In this document: positions 1-9,524 of the stretch, in pieces
Layout of the letters: each line of letters begins with the position of its first letter
How positions within the stretch are numbered: the first letter of the stretch is position 1
NCBI GenBank assembly: GCA_026387455.1
Contig: JAPLLR010000014.1
Location: 5,052 to 69,051 of the forward strand
DNA length: 64,000 bases
Direction of reading: 5' to 3'
Origin: Candidatus Omnitrophota bacterium
Lineage (GTDB): Bacteria > Omnitrophota > Gorgyraeia > Gygaellales > Profunditerraquicolaceae
The notes under the pieces: model-generated
Seen by the model: only the letters and a program-made list of their open reading frames with translations
The model's database searches: none
Told to the model about the DNA's origin: nothing
Position numbers and translations under genes: made by a program

Positions 1-1019
1 ATGGTATCAAGCGACTGACTGACAATCGCAGACAGGCTATCTTTAACTACTTTGTATCCGGGGTTGACATAACCGTTACGAATTATGTAGTAGTCACCTT
101 TTGCCTTTGTAGGGTCGATACCCATATCCCTGGCAACGTCCTCCTGCCCTTCAAGCACCTTATACAGCGTAAAAACCTGAGTTATCGTACCCCCGTCAAC
201 GTGCATCTCATCATAGGATATGCCACCGGCTTCCACCTTGATAAATACCGGCGGGAACATCATAGGAATTGCGGCTGATGCCAGAATGACTTTCCTAAAA
301 AGCTCAATATCTCCCCTGCAGGCAATAGCCCCCATATCCCATACCACAAATCTCTGGGCATCCAGATAGGTTGTCCCCACATAAAGCCTGCGTCCATGCC
401 TATGTTCATCAGCGATCTTTTTCAATATATCAGCTGTGACATACTTCTGGAGCTGTTTCTCAAGGGGCTTGTTGCTTGCAAAAGAGTCTCCGAACACAGC
501 CTTAAGGGGCCTCCTCATTTTCATTACATCTTTGGTGGACATGGTCGTATATATTTCTTCCACCATCCCATCGTAATCTTTGCCCAGGAATACTAGCGGC
601 GCTATAATGGCCCCTGTTGAGACTCCGGTAACCGCCTTGAATTTTGGCCGGGAACCTTCTTCGGACCAGCCTTTTAAAAGACCCGCGCCATAAGCGCCGT
701 TGGCTGCACCTCCGGAAATAGAAAGCATTGGATAGACCCGCTTGCCTTCGGAATTAACCGAATAATCATCCTTATTCTCCTCCAGAAAAGACTTTACGGC
801 GTTTTTCCTCAATTCAGAATCCTGCATGCCGGCCATGTAGCGTATCTCTGACATATTGCTTACCTGAGTCTTGCCAATCATATCAAATGGTACCGGATGC
901 CTTACTGTGGCGCAACCTACGCACGTAAATACCACGAGAGTAACCAACACAAAGTGTATCGGCTTTGCGCAAAATATGTTTGTTATGATAATTTTAAAAT
1001 TTGAGTTATTATCTAACAT
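1..1019 (-). CDS. Patatin-like phospholipase family lipoprotein (runs off window start)
   Basis: Manual translation from ATG 1019: lipobox-like VGC, glycine-rich SGGAANGAYGAG, nucleophile motif GVSTG, ASAAIP and DGG motifs; absent from ORF track because the stop lies outside the window. Confidence 0.85.
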   Translation of the reverse strand, partial: MLDNNSNFKIIITNIFCAKPIHFVLVTLVVFTCVGCATVRHPVPFDMIGKTQVSNMSEIRYMAGMQDSELRKNAVKSFLEENKDDYSVNSEGKRVYPMLSISGGAANGAYGAGLLKGWSEEGSRPKFKAVTGVSTGAIIAPLVFLGKDYDGMVEEIYTTMSTKDVMKMRRPLKAVFGDSFASNKPLEKQLQKYVTADILKKIADEHRHGRRLYVGTTYLDAQRFVVWDMGAIACRGDIELFRKVILASAAIPMMFPPVFIKVEAGGISYDEMHVDGGTITQVFTLYKVLEGQEDVARDMGIDPTKAKGDYYIIRNGYVNPGYKVVKDSLSAIVSQSLDT

Positions 1020-1438
1020 GTTTCCCTTTCCCCATTTCCAGCACCATAAAAGTAGGTTGCTTATAAATAGTATTCTATCACAAATCCCAAATTAGGTCTA
1101 AAATTAACGCTGACGAAACAGAAATATGGCCTATCCCTAGTTAATGGCTATAACCTTGACCTTAATAACGCAGAAATAGCTCAATAAAGCCCTAAATTGG
1201 AAGTTGTAAACTAAATGCCGATTTAGAGATAAAGAGATAAGAAAGGAGGCATCGAATCCTAAACGGCGGGTGGTCCCTGCAGCAAAGCGCTGTGTTGCCA
1301 CTCACCTAAATGAAGACTCCGGCATCAATTCGCTGCGCAGTTTTCTTTGAAAACTGCTTGCAGATGCCGGAGTTAATTCACGCATTGACTTACGTCACTA
1401 TAAGTAAGACTAGACTCCGTAAGTCAAGCGTTCATTAA

Positions 1439-1509
1439 TTGCCCCGCATGGATTCGAACCATGATAGTCAGATCCAGAATCTGAAGTCCTACCATTAGAC
1501 GACAGGGCA
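1439..1509 (-). tRNA. tRNA-Gln(CTG), CCA not encoded
   Basis: Cloverleaf TGCCCTG...CGGGGCA, anticodon arm TCAGA-TTCTGGA-TCTGA, TTCGAA T-loop. Confidence 0.95.
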
Positions 1510-1539
1510 GATGGTTGTCTTGTGATTGACAGCGGTTAA

Positions 1540-1568
1540 ATTATAGCTCGGTGAGAAGATTCTTGCAA
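1540..1568 (-). promoter_or_regulatory. sigma70-type promoter of tRNA-Gln
   Basis: TTGCAA-17 nt-TATAAT on minus strand ~30 nt upstream of the tRNA. Confidence 0.7.
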
Positions 1569-1588
1569 CAGAAATAAAGATCCTCAAT

Positions 1589-1618
1589 AAAAAGGGCTCA
1601 AGCGGTTAAATCCAGCCC
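1589..1618 (-). terminator. Intrinsic terminator, repeat family copy 1
   Basis: GGGCT-GGATTTAACCGCTTG-AGCCC followed by T run, downstream of 1695..2255. Confidence 0.65.
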
Positions 1619-1694
1619 CTGTGGGAGAGTAAAAATGCTCAATCAAAACAACAATAGACGATTTTTTATATATTAGAGTTGTCCTGGTTAAATC

Positions 1695-2255
1695 TTAAAA
1701 GAATTTTAATGAATCTACAATGCTCTCAAAATCCTGTTTTGATGCGGTAAATAATTCATTTGGTGCGTTTGAAGAAATCATTAGCATGATTTTGTTTGTA
1801 AAAATGATTGCATAATGATGGGTATATTCTTTCTGTTTAAAAATCATTATTCCATATATTAACCCATCTTTACTGTAGTCTCTTTTACTAAGAACCTCTA
1901 TCCCGCCAATAATTCCCAATTGCTTATAATTCTCCAATATCTCATCCATAGCGCTATTGATTGTTTGATTAGGAATTATTGGGGAGATGAATACTGCAGT
2001 AGATGCACCAGATTTACTGCTACAAAAAACATCTGCTCCTGTGGATGTAACTGAAGGATCATCTCTTTTAATACTATCCCATTCACCAGGGAATGTTATT
2101 TCGTATCCCCATTTATTGTTCGTCCACTTCTTAGGATTTGTAGAATCCATCTGAGCAGTAAAATCCCTACCTGTTTCAAAGCCTTTCTGATTTGAAAAAT
2201 AACCAACGACTAAACTTACAAAAATTAAGATTAAAATCCAATACCAATTCTTCAT
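1695..2255 (-). CDS. Membrane-anchored hypothetical protein, PsbP/DcrB-like fold possible
   Basis: N-terminal TM helix, GYEITFPGEW motif, C-terminal FESIVDSLKF; SD AAGGAGG. Confidence 0.6.
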   Translation of the reverse strand: MKNWYWILILIFVSLVVGYFSNQKGFETGRDFTAQMDSTNPKKWTNNKWGYEITFPGEWDSIKRDDPSVTSTGADVFCSSKSGASTAVFISPIIPNQTINSAMDEILENYKQLGIIGGIEVLSKRDYSKDGLIYGIMIFKQKEYTHHYAIIFTNKIMLMISSNAPNELFTASKQDFESIVDSLKFF

Positions 2256-2267
2256 ACTACCTCCTTT

Positions 2268-2651
2268 TTACTTTGGAGTAGATGAAAACTGCTTGTTTAA
2301 TTCTGCGAATGGCTCTGTTATATCAAAATACAAAATAATTATTTCTTTTGATGGCAATACTTCAACAATCATCTCATCATAAGCCTTACCTTCTTTGTCT
2401 TTCAAGCTCTGCTTTACAAGATTCCAATTTTTACCTCCAGTTCCAAACTTAGTTTCTAAATACTGATATTCCTGCTCTATACTTTTATAGTAATCGCCTA
2501 TATATTTTATAATTATTGCTTTCTCAAAACTGCTACCATCCCTACTTGCAGAAACTGCTTGAACATCTTCTTGACTTGATGGTTCTGCGGCAAATAGAGC
2601 AATAGGAAACAATAAAAGAATAATACAGGCTAAGACTGGCTTTAGTTTCAT
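2268..2651 (-). CDS. Secreted hypothetical protein
   Basis: Start moved to MKLKPV (ATG 2651, AGGAGG upstream); signal peptide; DGSSFEKAI and YFDIT motifs. Confidence 0.65.
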   Translation of the reverse strand: MKLKPVLACIILLLFPIALFAAEPSSQEDVQAVSASRDGSSFEKAIIIKYIGDYYKSIEQEYQYLETKFGTGGKNWNLVKQSLKDKEGKAYDEMIVEVLPSKEIIILYFDITEPFAELNKQFSSTPK

Positions 2652-2707
2652 CTGACACCTCCTTTTCTGTTGATATTCTATCACAAATTCTAAAATTGGG
2701 AGCAAAC

Positions 2708-2738
2708 AAAAAGGGCTGAACGATTAAGTCCAACCCTT
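2708..2738 (-). terminator. Intrinsic terminator, repeat family copy 2
   Basis: AAGGGTT-GGACTTAATCGTTC-AGCCCTT plus T run, between the riboswitch-like region and the 2268..2651 gene. Confidence 0.6.
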
Positions 2739-2838
2739 GAAAAATGGTTCACCACACAGAATCCCAAACCTTTCGAAAGGAAAATGGGTTGCAAATTACT
2801 ATAGCTGCCAAGCTGTTAGCTAACTCGTTAACTTGAAA

Positions 2839-2978
2839 CGACAACTGGCTGCCATTCCCTTTCGGGAGTAGACCCTATAGCTTTGCGATGTCCAGCGGTC
2901 AATTCAGAACATAGTCCTAAACACCTAATTTATACATCAGTGCCTAGGGCCTCCCATCCTTTCGGAAGGTTTGATATT
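2839..2978 (-). ncRNA. Cyclic dinucleotide (GEMM-I / c-di-GMP-I type) riboswitch aptamer, interrupted by a 64-nt insert
   Basis: CAAACCTTCC-GAAA-GGATGGGA [insert 2888-2951] CGCAAAGCTATAGGGTCTA...ATGGCAGCCAGTTGTCG matches the GEMM-I pattern. Confidence 0.65.
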
Positions 2979-3063
2979 ATATATAACCTCTAAGCAAGTA
3001 TGACATATTTTAAGATAAGAATCAAGATAGGGGGGCTAAATTAACGTGTGCAAACGATAGAAC

Positions 3064-3094
3064 AAAAAAGGGCTCAAACGGTTAAATCCCGCCC
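3064..3094 (-). terminator. Intrinsic terminator, repeat family copy 3
   Basis: GGGC-GGGATTTAACCGTTTGA-GCCC plus T6, 25 nt after the TPR gene stop. Confidence 0.7.
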
Positions 3095-3118
3095 ATTAAG
3101 AACATAGAAAATATTAGT

Positions 3119-5260
3119 CTATTTATCTCTACCTGATGCTTTCTTTAGATTTGCAAGAGATTCGGGATAAATAGTAAACCCTAATGATTCCGCCTTATGC
3201 ACATCTGTCCAAGCCTTATCAAATTCTTTTGCATCATAATAGGCAAGCCCGCGGTTATTATAGACATCTGCAAGATTAGGGTTTATTTCAATGGCTTTGT
3301 TATAGTCAGAGATGGCTTGAGCTAAGTTACCTTGCGCTTTATAAGCAACACCACGATTACTATAAAATTCTGCATCGTTAGGATTTAATTCAATGGCTTT
3401 ATTATAATCAGAGATGGCTTTAATGAAGTTACTTTGTTTGTAATAAGCATGCCCGAGGTTGTTATAGGCTCCTGCAAAGTTAGGATTTACTTCAATGGCC
3501 TTAGTAAAGTCAGAGATTGCTTGAGTGAAATTGCCTTGTTTACCGCAGACAACCCCACGGTCGTTATAAACTACTGCCTCGTAAGGGTTGATTTCAATAG
3601 CCTTGGTATAATCTAAGATGGCTTGAGGCAAATTACCTTGGTTAGCATAGGTGCCCCCACGGTTAAAATAAACAAATCTAAGATTAGGATTTATTTCAAT
3701 GACCTTATTATAGTCAGAGATCGCTTGGGTGAAGTTGCCTTGGTTATCATAGGCAAGCCCACGATTGCAATAAGCCTCTGCATAATTAGGATTTATTTCA
3801 ATGGCCTTAGTATAGTCAGAGATGGCTTGAGGCAAATTGCTTTGCTGGTGATAGACAAGCCCACGGTTATAATAGACATTTGAATATTTAGGATTTATTT
3901 CAACAGCCTTAGTAAAATCAGAGATGGCTTGGGTGAAATTTCCTTTATGGGCGTAGGCAACCCCACGGTTGCTGTAGGAAGCTGGGGCCTTGGGTGATTT
4001 ATACACTACATCATTCCATAGGATAAGCTCATCTTTCCAAATAAGGTTTCTCTTGTAGGTAAGAACCGCATAGCAGGAAATTATGATGAGTAATGCTATA
4101 ACCATTGACTTAAGAGATTTATTCTCAAAAAGATAATATATGAGACTCACCAGGAAAAGGCTAAAACCGACCATTGGCAGATAAAGCCTGTGTTCAAAAA
4201 TCACGCTTCTGATCGGAATAACGCTTGACTCAGGTAAAAGTGTCAAGAAAAACCAGAAGATGCCAAATGAAATTAAGCTATATTTAGCAAATAGCCTGGC
4301 TGCGATAGCCAAGATTGAACCTAAAAGAATAAAGCTGGCTAGAATAGGTAACTCCAATAAGCTTTTGGCAATTGGATAGTCATAGAGAAAATTTTGGTTT
4401 ATTGGTATAAAAAGAAGCCTTAGGTAGGTAACTATAATCCTAAGCTGGGTAAGAAGATAATGCCAGGAGGAAATGTTAGGTGATTCCCCCAAGATCCTTC
4501 GCATTCCTATAAGATCTACGGATTTAGTCAAATACATGGTAAGGGGGATAATCAATAAGGCTAGGAAAAAAGGCAAAAGACTTTTCCAGTTAAGTCTTTC
4601 CTTGGTCTTCAAGAAGCAGATTTCATAAAGTAAAATCATAAAGGGCAGGGTTATAGTCATCTCCTTACTAAACATATCTAAAACTAAAGCTATCAATGAA
4701 CCGCAATAGAAGAGCCTTGAAGCTAGCGAACCTTGCCCCTTCTGTTCTAATAGCCTTGATTTGACATAGAGGCTAAGTGATACCAAGTAAAACAAGGCTG
4801 CCAGAGAAGTTGTTCTCTGGATGATGTAAGTCACTGCCTGGGTTTGAATGGGATGTGTTAGAAAGACTAAGCTAACAAATAAAGCAATAAGCCTAGAGTA
4901 TCTGGTAATCTTCTCACCATTTATTTTAGGCGTAGAGAAGGTAAGCAGGATAAGCCAATAGACTAAGATGGTTGAACCTATGTGGACAGTCAAGTTAAAG
5001 AGATGATAGCCTAATACTTTAAGCTGATAAAAGTGATAGTTAAGAGCAATAGAAAGATAAGTAATAAAGCGGGTAGGCCAGAAATTCCAAATAGCTTTTA
5101 GATTCTGGATATTTCTTATAGCTAGATTATCCACGATTGAACTGGTGTCGTCAAAATGGAAAGGACTATAGAAGGTGTTGGAATATATAAGTATGCCTAA
5201 TAAGAGCAGTGTGCTTATAACCAATAATTTATACTTATGATTAAAGATTCTAACTATCAT
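3119..5260 (-). CDS. TMTC-like multi-pass membrane glycosyltransferase with C-terminal TPR repeats
   Basis: FHFDD, THPIQTQAVTYI, SKE and EHRLYLP motifs in a multi-TM domain; about 8 TPR units (AISDY.KAIEINP). Confidence 0.85.
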   Translation of the reverse strand: MIVRIFNHKYKLLVISTLLLLGILIYSNTFYSPFHFDDTSSIVDNLAIRNIQNLKAIWNFWPTRFITYLSIALNYHFYQLKVLGYHLFNLTVHIGSTILVYWLILLTFSTPKINGEKITRYSRLIALFVSLVFLTHPIQTQAVTYIIQRTTSLAALFYLVSLSLYVKSRLLEQKGQGSLASRLFYCGSLIALVLDMFSKEMTITLPFMILLYEICFLKTKERLNWKSLLPFFLALLIIPLTMYLTKSVDLIGMRRILGESPNISSWHYLLTQLRIIVTYLRLLFIPINQNFLYDYPIAKSLLELPILASFILLGSILAIAARLFAKYSLISFGIFWFFLTLLPESSVIPIRSVIFEHRLYLPMVGFSLFLVSLIYYLFENKSLKSMVIALLIIISCYAVLTYKRNLIWKDELILWNDVVYKSPKAPASYSNRGVAYAHKGNFTQAISDFTKAVEINPKYSNVYYNRGLVYHQQSNLPQAISDYTKAIEINPNYAEAYCNRGLAYDNQGNFTQAISDYNKVIEINPNLRFVYFNRGGTYANQGNLPQAILDYTKAIEINPYEAVVYNDRGVVCGKQGNFTQAISDFTKAIEVNPNFAGAYNNLGHAYYKQSNFIKAISDYNKAIELNPNDAEFYSNRGVAYKAQGNLAQAISDYNKAIEINPNLADVYNNRGLAYYDAKEFDKAWTDVHKAESLGFTIYPESLANLKKASGRDK

Positions 5261-5366
5261 AATGATTTAGAATATAAAACTTACAGATTAACCCTCCTCA
5301 ATATATTCTATCACAGAGGGTTGATAATTCAAATTCCAAAAATTGTGAGTAATTTGAGATAAATAG

Positions 5367-5395
5367 AAAGGGCTCAAACGGTTAAGTCCAGCCCT
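5367..5395 (-). terminator. Intrinsic terminator, repeat family copy 4
   Basis: AGGGCT-GGACTTAACCGTTTG-AGCCCT-TTCT downstream of 5429..5899. Confidence 0.6.
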
Positions 5396-5428
5396 ATGAG
5401 GTACAAGAAAAATTTATTCCAGGAATTA

Positions 5429-5899
5429 TTAAAAGAAAAGTAGCTTTTTCTTAGGGGGGTCTTTTGGCACTGTAGTAGGGGGTGCCTCTGCCTGAGGCTT
5501 TGGCGCCGGAGCGCTCTGCTTAGCCTTGAGCGTCTCGTTCTCTTTGGTTAAAGCGGTGTTTTCTGTTTTTAGCTGCTCAAGCTTCCACTGAGCATCCTTT
5601 AAATCCGCTTCCATGGCGGCAGACCTTTCTTCGCCTGTCTTAAGCTTATTTTCCAGGTCCGTCTTTAGCTGAGTAAAATTCTGCTGCATCTCTTTATTGG
5701 CTTCCAAGTCCCTCTTAAGCCCATCATTTTCTCCGGTCAGCTTCTGGTTCTCTTCCTCCACCACATCTATCTGAAACTGCTTTTCGTTAAGCTGCTGCAA
5801 AAGCCCAACTTTCTGCTTAAGCAAAACAGCACTTAGCGTCACGCAAGCGATAGCGATAACAACCAACCCGATGTTTAAAATTGCTTTAAAGTTCTTCAT
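5429..5899 (-). CDS. Membrane-anchored coiled-coil hypothetical protein
   Basis: N-terminal TM, ~95-aa heptad-rich region, Pro-rich tail ending KKKLLFF. Confidence 0.7.
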   Translation of the reverse strand: MKNFKAILNIGLVVIAIACVTLSAVLLKQKVGLLQQLNEKQFQIDVVEEENQKLTGENDGLKRDLEANKEMQQNFTQLKTDLENKLKTGEERSAAMEADLKDAQWKLEQLKTENTALTKENETLKAKQSAPAPKPQAEAPPTTVPKDPPKKKLLFF

Positions 5900-5934
5900 T
5901 ATAGGATTTCCCTCTTGTAAGTATACATTTTATA

Positions 5935-7230
5935 TTATCTAATCCACTTTTGCAATCTTTCTTTAGAGCGCTCCTTACCCAAGTGATAGATCACCTCGAA
6001 TAAGCCCGGACCGATGGTTTTGCCGGTCAAAGCCACTCTTATAGGATGGATCAACACCTTTGCCTCTAAACCCAGCTCCGCCATCATATCGCGGAAACAT
6101 TTCTCAATATTCTCGACAGTAAAATCCTGCAACGCGTCCAAACGCTGGACAAATAAAGCGAATTCTTTGGAGAAATCTTTGGAAAGACATTTGGCCTGCG
6201 CGACCGGGTCCATTTTTACTTCTTTCAGAAAGAAAAAATCCGCCCAGTCCACGAAATCATTGACATGCGCCAAACGGGGCTGGAATAATTTCACCAAAGA
6301 CAAAACATACCCGCGGTCAAAATTGTCTTTATCAATACACTTTGCCTCGATCAGCATCGGGATAATATCATCGGTCAGCTTTTCTGAATCAGCGCTCTTT
6401 AAATACTGATTATTCATCCAGTCTAGCTTCTTTAGGTCAAAAGTGGCTGCAGTTTTGTTTACGTCAGTGATATCGAATAGTTTGATCGCCTCATTGATAT
6501 CGATGACTTCCCGGTCTTCTCCCGGAGCCCAGCTTAAAAGCAACAGATAATTCACCAGCGCCTCAGGTAAATAGCCCATCTTACGATAATCCGAAATTGC
6601 AGTAGCCCCCGTCCTTTTGGACAGCCTTCCCCCCTCCATACCCATAATAAGTGGCAGGTGCGCAAAAGCCGGCAGAGGCAGGCCAAGTGCTTCATATAAA
6701 AGGATCTGCTTCGGAGTGTTAGAAATATGATCGTCGCCGCGGATAACGTGGGTAATATTCATCAGCGCATCATCCACTACACAGGCGAAATTATAGGTTG
6801 GAGTGCCGTCAGACTTCATCAATACCTGATCCTTGATATTCTCAGCGTCAAACTCAATATCCCCGCGAATCAGATCCTTAATCTTTATTTTCTGAGGCAT
6901 GACTTTAAAAATTATAGCCTCTCCCGGTTTATCCGGAAGCTTTTCGGTATAGGCCTTGCCTTCTTTTAATAGTTTCTGGGCATATTCGCGGTAGATATCA
7001 AAACGCTTGCTTTGATAGTATATCTCATCCCACTTAAACCCAAGCCAAGTAAGGCTGCCCAGGATCTCATCCACAAACTCTTTCTTTGAGCGCTCTTTAT
7101 CCGTATCTTCTATACGCAAAATGAACTTTCCGTCCTTGGCCCGAATGTAAAGCCAGTTAAAAAGCGCGGTGCGCCCACCTCCGATATGCAAATTTCCCGT
7201 AGGTGATGGGGCGAAGCGAACCCTGATCAT
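5935..7230 (-). CDS. gltX: Glutamate--tRNA ligase
   Basis: RFAPSPTG, HIGG, LSKR motifs. Confidence 0.97.
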   Translation of the reverse strand: MIRVRFAPSPTGNLHIGGGRTALFNWLYIRAKDGKFILRIEDTDKERSKKEFVDEILGSLTWLGFKWDEIYYQSKRFDIYREYAQKLLKEGKAYTEKLPDKPGEAIIFKVMPQKIKIKDLIRGDIEFDAENIKDQVLMKSDGTPTYNFACVVDDALMNITHVIRGDDHISNTPKQILLYEALGLPLPAFAHLPLIMGMEGGRLSKRTGATAISDYRKMGYLPEALVNYLLLLSWAPGEDREVIDINEAIKLFDITDVNKTAATFDLKKLDWMNNQYLKSADSEKLTDDIIPMLIEAKCIDKDNFDRGYVLSLVKLFQPRLAHVNDFVDWADFFFLKEVKMDPVAQAKCLSKDFSKEFALFVQRLDALQDFTVENIEKCFRDMMAELGLEAKVLIHPIRVALTGKTIGPGLFEVIYHLGKERSKERLQKWIR

Positions 7231-7757
7231 TTTAATTTTATCCCTTCCTCTAAAGCTTTTGTATTTATCTCAATAAGCTCTTTTTTGCCTTGCGGTGCCA
7301 TGTCTTCAAAGACCTTCAGCACTGTATTCGGGTTTACGATTTTTTTCTGGGCTAAATACGCGCCCAATGCCACCATGTTGGCTACTTTAATATTTCCGAG
7401 TTTGAGGGCGATATCGGTAAAAGCGTGGTGCAAAACTTTTAATTTGGCTTGCGCATACCGGGAAGCCAAAGAGCTATTGCTGATCAATAAGCCTTTAGCG
7501 CTAATGCGACTCTTGAAACGCTCCAGTGACGGAGCGTTCATGATTATCAATGTATCTGCAATATCAATAAAAGGAGAACCTATCTCGGTATCTGATATGA
7601 TTACCATACAATATGCAGTGCCTCCGCGCACCTCCGCCCCATAAGCGGGAAGCCAGGTGACAGACTTACTTTCACGCATCGCCGCATCGGCAAGCACCTT
7701 GCCTAAAAGCATTACGCCTTGACCACCAGCTCCGGAGATAATTATTTTCTCAGTCAT
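7227..7757 (-). CDS. 2-oxoacid:ferredoxin oxidoreductase gamma subunit
   Basis: GAGGQG, YGAEVRGG, NMVALGA. Confidence 0.93.
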   Translation of the reverse strand: MTEKIIISGAGGQGVMLLGKVLADAAMRESKSVTWLPAYGAEVRGGTAYCMVIISDTEIGSPFIDIADTLIIMNAPSLERFKSRISAKGLLISNSSLASRYAQAKLKVLHHAFTDIALKLGNIKVANMVALGAYLAQKKIVNPNTVLKVFEDMAPQGKKELIEINTKALEEGIKLK

Positions 7758-8482
7758 TTTATTCTTCCTAAAGGAAATTCTTTAGCCATCACATCCCTGA
7801 TCCACTCCAGCGATTGTTTCGGACTAAGACCCCAGTAAGTCGGACAAGGGGATAAAATCTCAACCAACGAAAATCCCGCGCCGTCTATTTGATTCTGGAA
7901 CGCTTGTTTGATGGCTCTTTTAGTCTTAAGTATCTCCTGTGGACTAGATAATGAGGTCCGCTCGATATATTTGACCCCAGCAAGATACGCCAGCATTTCG
8001 GAAATCTTTAAAGGATAGCCGTGAGTCTTGATATCCCTACCGGCAATAGTGGTCGCGGTCCTCTGACCCACCAATGTTGTGGGCGCCATCTGGCCGCCGG
8101 TCATTCCGTAAACCGCGTTATTGATAAAAACTACAGTGAGATTTTCCCCACGATTAGCCGCGTGAATGGTTTCATTAGTACCAATAGCCGCAAGGTCTCC
8201 GTCACCCTGATAAGTAAAAACGATATTCTGTGGCCGCGCTCTCTTAATAGCTGTAGCTACTGCCAGGGCCCGTCCGTGCGCTGCCTCTGAACAATCAAAA
8301 TTCCAGTAATCATAAGCTATTACCGCGCATCCCACAGGCGCAATAGCAATAATCTTCTCCCTAATGCCCAGCTCATCAATCACCTCTGCTACAAGACGAT
8401 GGGCAATGCCATGTCCGCAGCCAGGACAGTAGTGGGTGGAGACATCTCGTAATGACTTAGGGCGAGTGAAAATATTATCCAC
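7754..8482 (-). CDS. 2-oxoacid:ferredoxin oxidoreductase beta (TPP-binding) subunit
   Basis: YCPGCGHG, GDGD, YGMTGGQ, SPCPT. Confidence 0.93.
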   Translation of the reverse strand: MDNIFTRPKSLRDVSTHYCPGCGHGIAHRLVAEVIDELGIREKIIAIAPVGCAVIAYDYWNFDCSEAAHGRALAVATAIKRARPQNIVFTYQGDGDLAAIGTNETIHAANRGENLTVVFINNAVYGMTGGQMAPTTLVGQRTATTIAGRDIKTHGYPLKISEMLAYLAGVKYIERTSLSSPQEILKTKRAIKQAFQNQIDGAGFSLVEILSPCPTYWGLSPKQSLEWIRDVMAKEFPLGRIK

Positions 8483-9524
8483 GTAGCATCTTCCTTATTT
8501 TGCCGACAATCTCATCTTCCGACGGTATTCCGCCGCCTGCGCGACCGAAAAATTCTACCACAGCCTTGCCGTTTACCGCTAATCTCACATCTTCCAGCAT
8601 CTGGCCATAAGACATCTCAACTACCAGAAACTTTACTTTCTTTTTCGTAGCCTTAATAAATGCTTGTTCAGGAAACGGCCACAAAATCATAGGCCGAATC
8701 AACCCAACCTTCAGGCCTTCTTTACACAGCTTATTCATCGCAACCTTGGCAATCCGAGCCATGGTCCCATATGCCACCAGTATAATTTTAGCGTCGTTCA
8801 GATTTGAATCTTCATAGCGCTGTTCTTTTTTCTGAATAGCCGCATAATTACTTTGTAAGATATTATTAACTTCTTCTAAGGCTCCTTCTTTTAAAAGAAG
8901 TGATCTTATAATATTTGGCTCTCTGCCTGCGCATCCAGTCAATGCCCACGGTTTTTTAATTGAAGCTTTTCTGCTGACAGTAGAAATCTGCACAGGCTCC
9001 ATTACCTGGCCCAGCATCCCATCAACAAGAATAATTACCGGAGTGCGGTAAATATCGGCCAGATCAAACGCCTTAAACATCATATCATAAGCTTCCTGTA
9101 CTGTTGCCGGAGCTAAGACAATCGGATGATAATCTCCATGCCCGCCGCCCTTAGTCGCCTGAAAATAATCAGATTGGGAAGGCGCGATATTGCCTAATCC
9201 AGGCCCTCCGCGCATCACATTGACTATCACCGCCGGTAACCGGGATCCGGCTATATAAGAAATTCCCTCCTGCTTCAGGCTCATCCCCGGACTGGATGAT
9301 GAAGTCATGGCCCGCACTCCTGCTGCTGAGGCGCCAAAAACCATATTTATGGCAGCCAGCTCTGATTCCGCCTGAATAAACACTCCTCCTGCCTCTGGCA
9401 TGCGCCAAGACATATACGCAGGGATCTCGTTTTGCGGAGTAATGGGATATCCAGCATAGAAGCTACAGCCTGCCTGTATCGCGCCCTCGGCCATGGCCTC
9501 ATTACCGCTCATCAAACGTTTCAT
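8475..9524 (-). CDS. 2-oxoacid:ferredoxin oxidoreductase alpha subunit (VorB-like)
   Basis: GNEA, GYPITPQ, QAESE, RGGPGLG; ATG 9524 overlaps upstream stop (ATGA). Confidence 0.93.
   Translation of the reverse strand: MKRLMSGNEAMAEGAIQAGCSFYAGYPITPQNEIPAYMSWRMPEAGGVFIQAESELAAINMVFGASAAGVRAMTSSSSPGMSLKQEGISYIAGSRLPAVIVNVMRGGPGLGNIAPSQSDYFQATKGGGHGDYHPIVLAPATVQEAYDMMFKAFDLADIYRTPVIILVDGMLGQVMEPVQISTVSRKASIKKPWALTGCAGREPNIIRSLLLKEGALEEVNNILQSNYAAIQKKEQRYEDSNLNDAKIILVAYGTMARIAKVAMNKLCKEGLKVGLIRPMILWPFPEQAFIKATKKKVKFLVVEMSYGQMLEDVRLAVNGKAVVEFFGRAGGGIPSEDEIVGKIRKMLRG

Noticed and set aside
3180-3990. ~102-nt periodic DNA repeats as a CRISPR array or diversity-generating repeat
   Set aside because: They are in-frame 34-aa TPR units with no spacer structure; no cas or reverse transcriptase gene is present
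5284-5297. 5' leader of the TPR gene (GGTTAATCT) pairing with its terminator loop
   Set aside because: Only ~9 bp with a bulge and not seen for neighbouring genes; chance cannot be excluded
1589-5395. Repeated hairpins as integron attC sites
   Set aside because: ACTTAAC resembles RYYYAAC, but the elements are only ~25 nt, lack a proper GTTRRRY and L boxes, and no integrase is in the window
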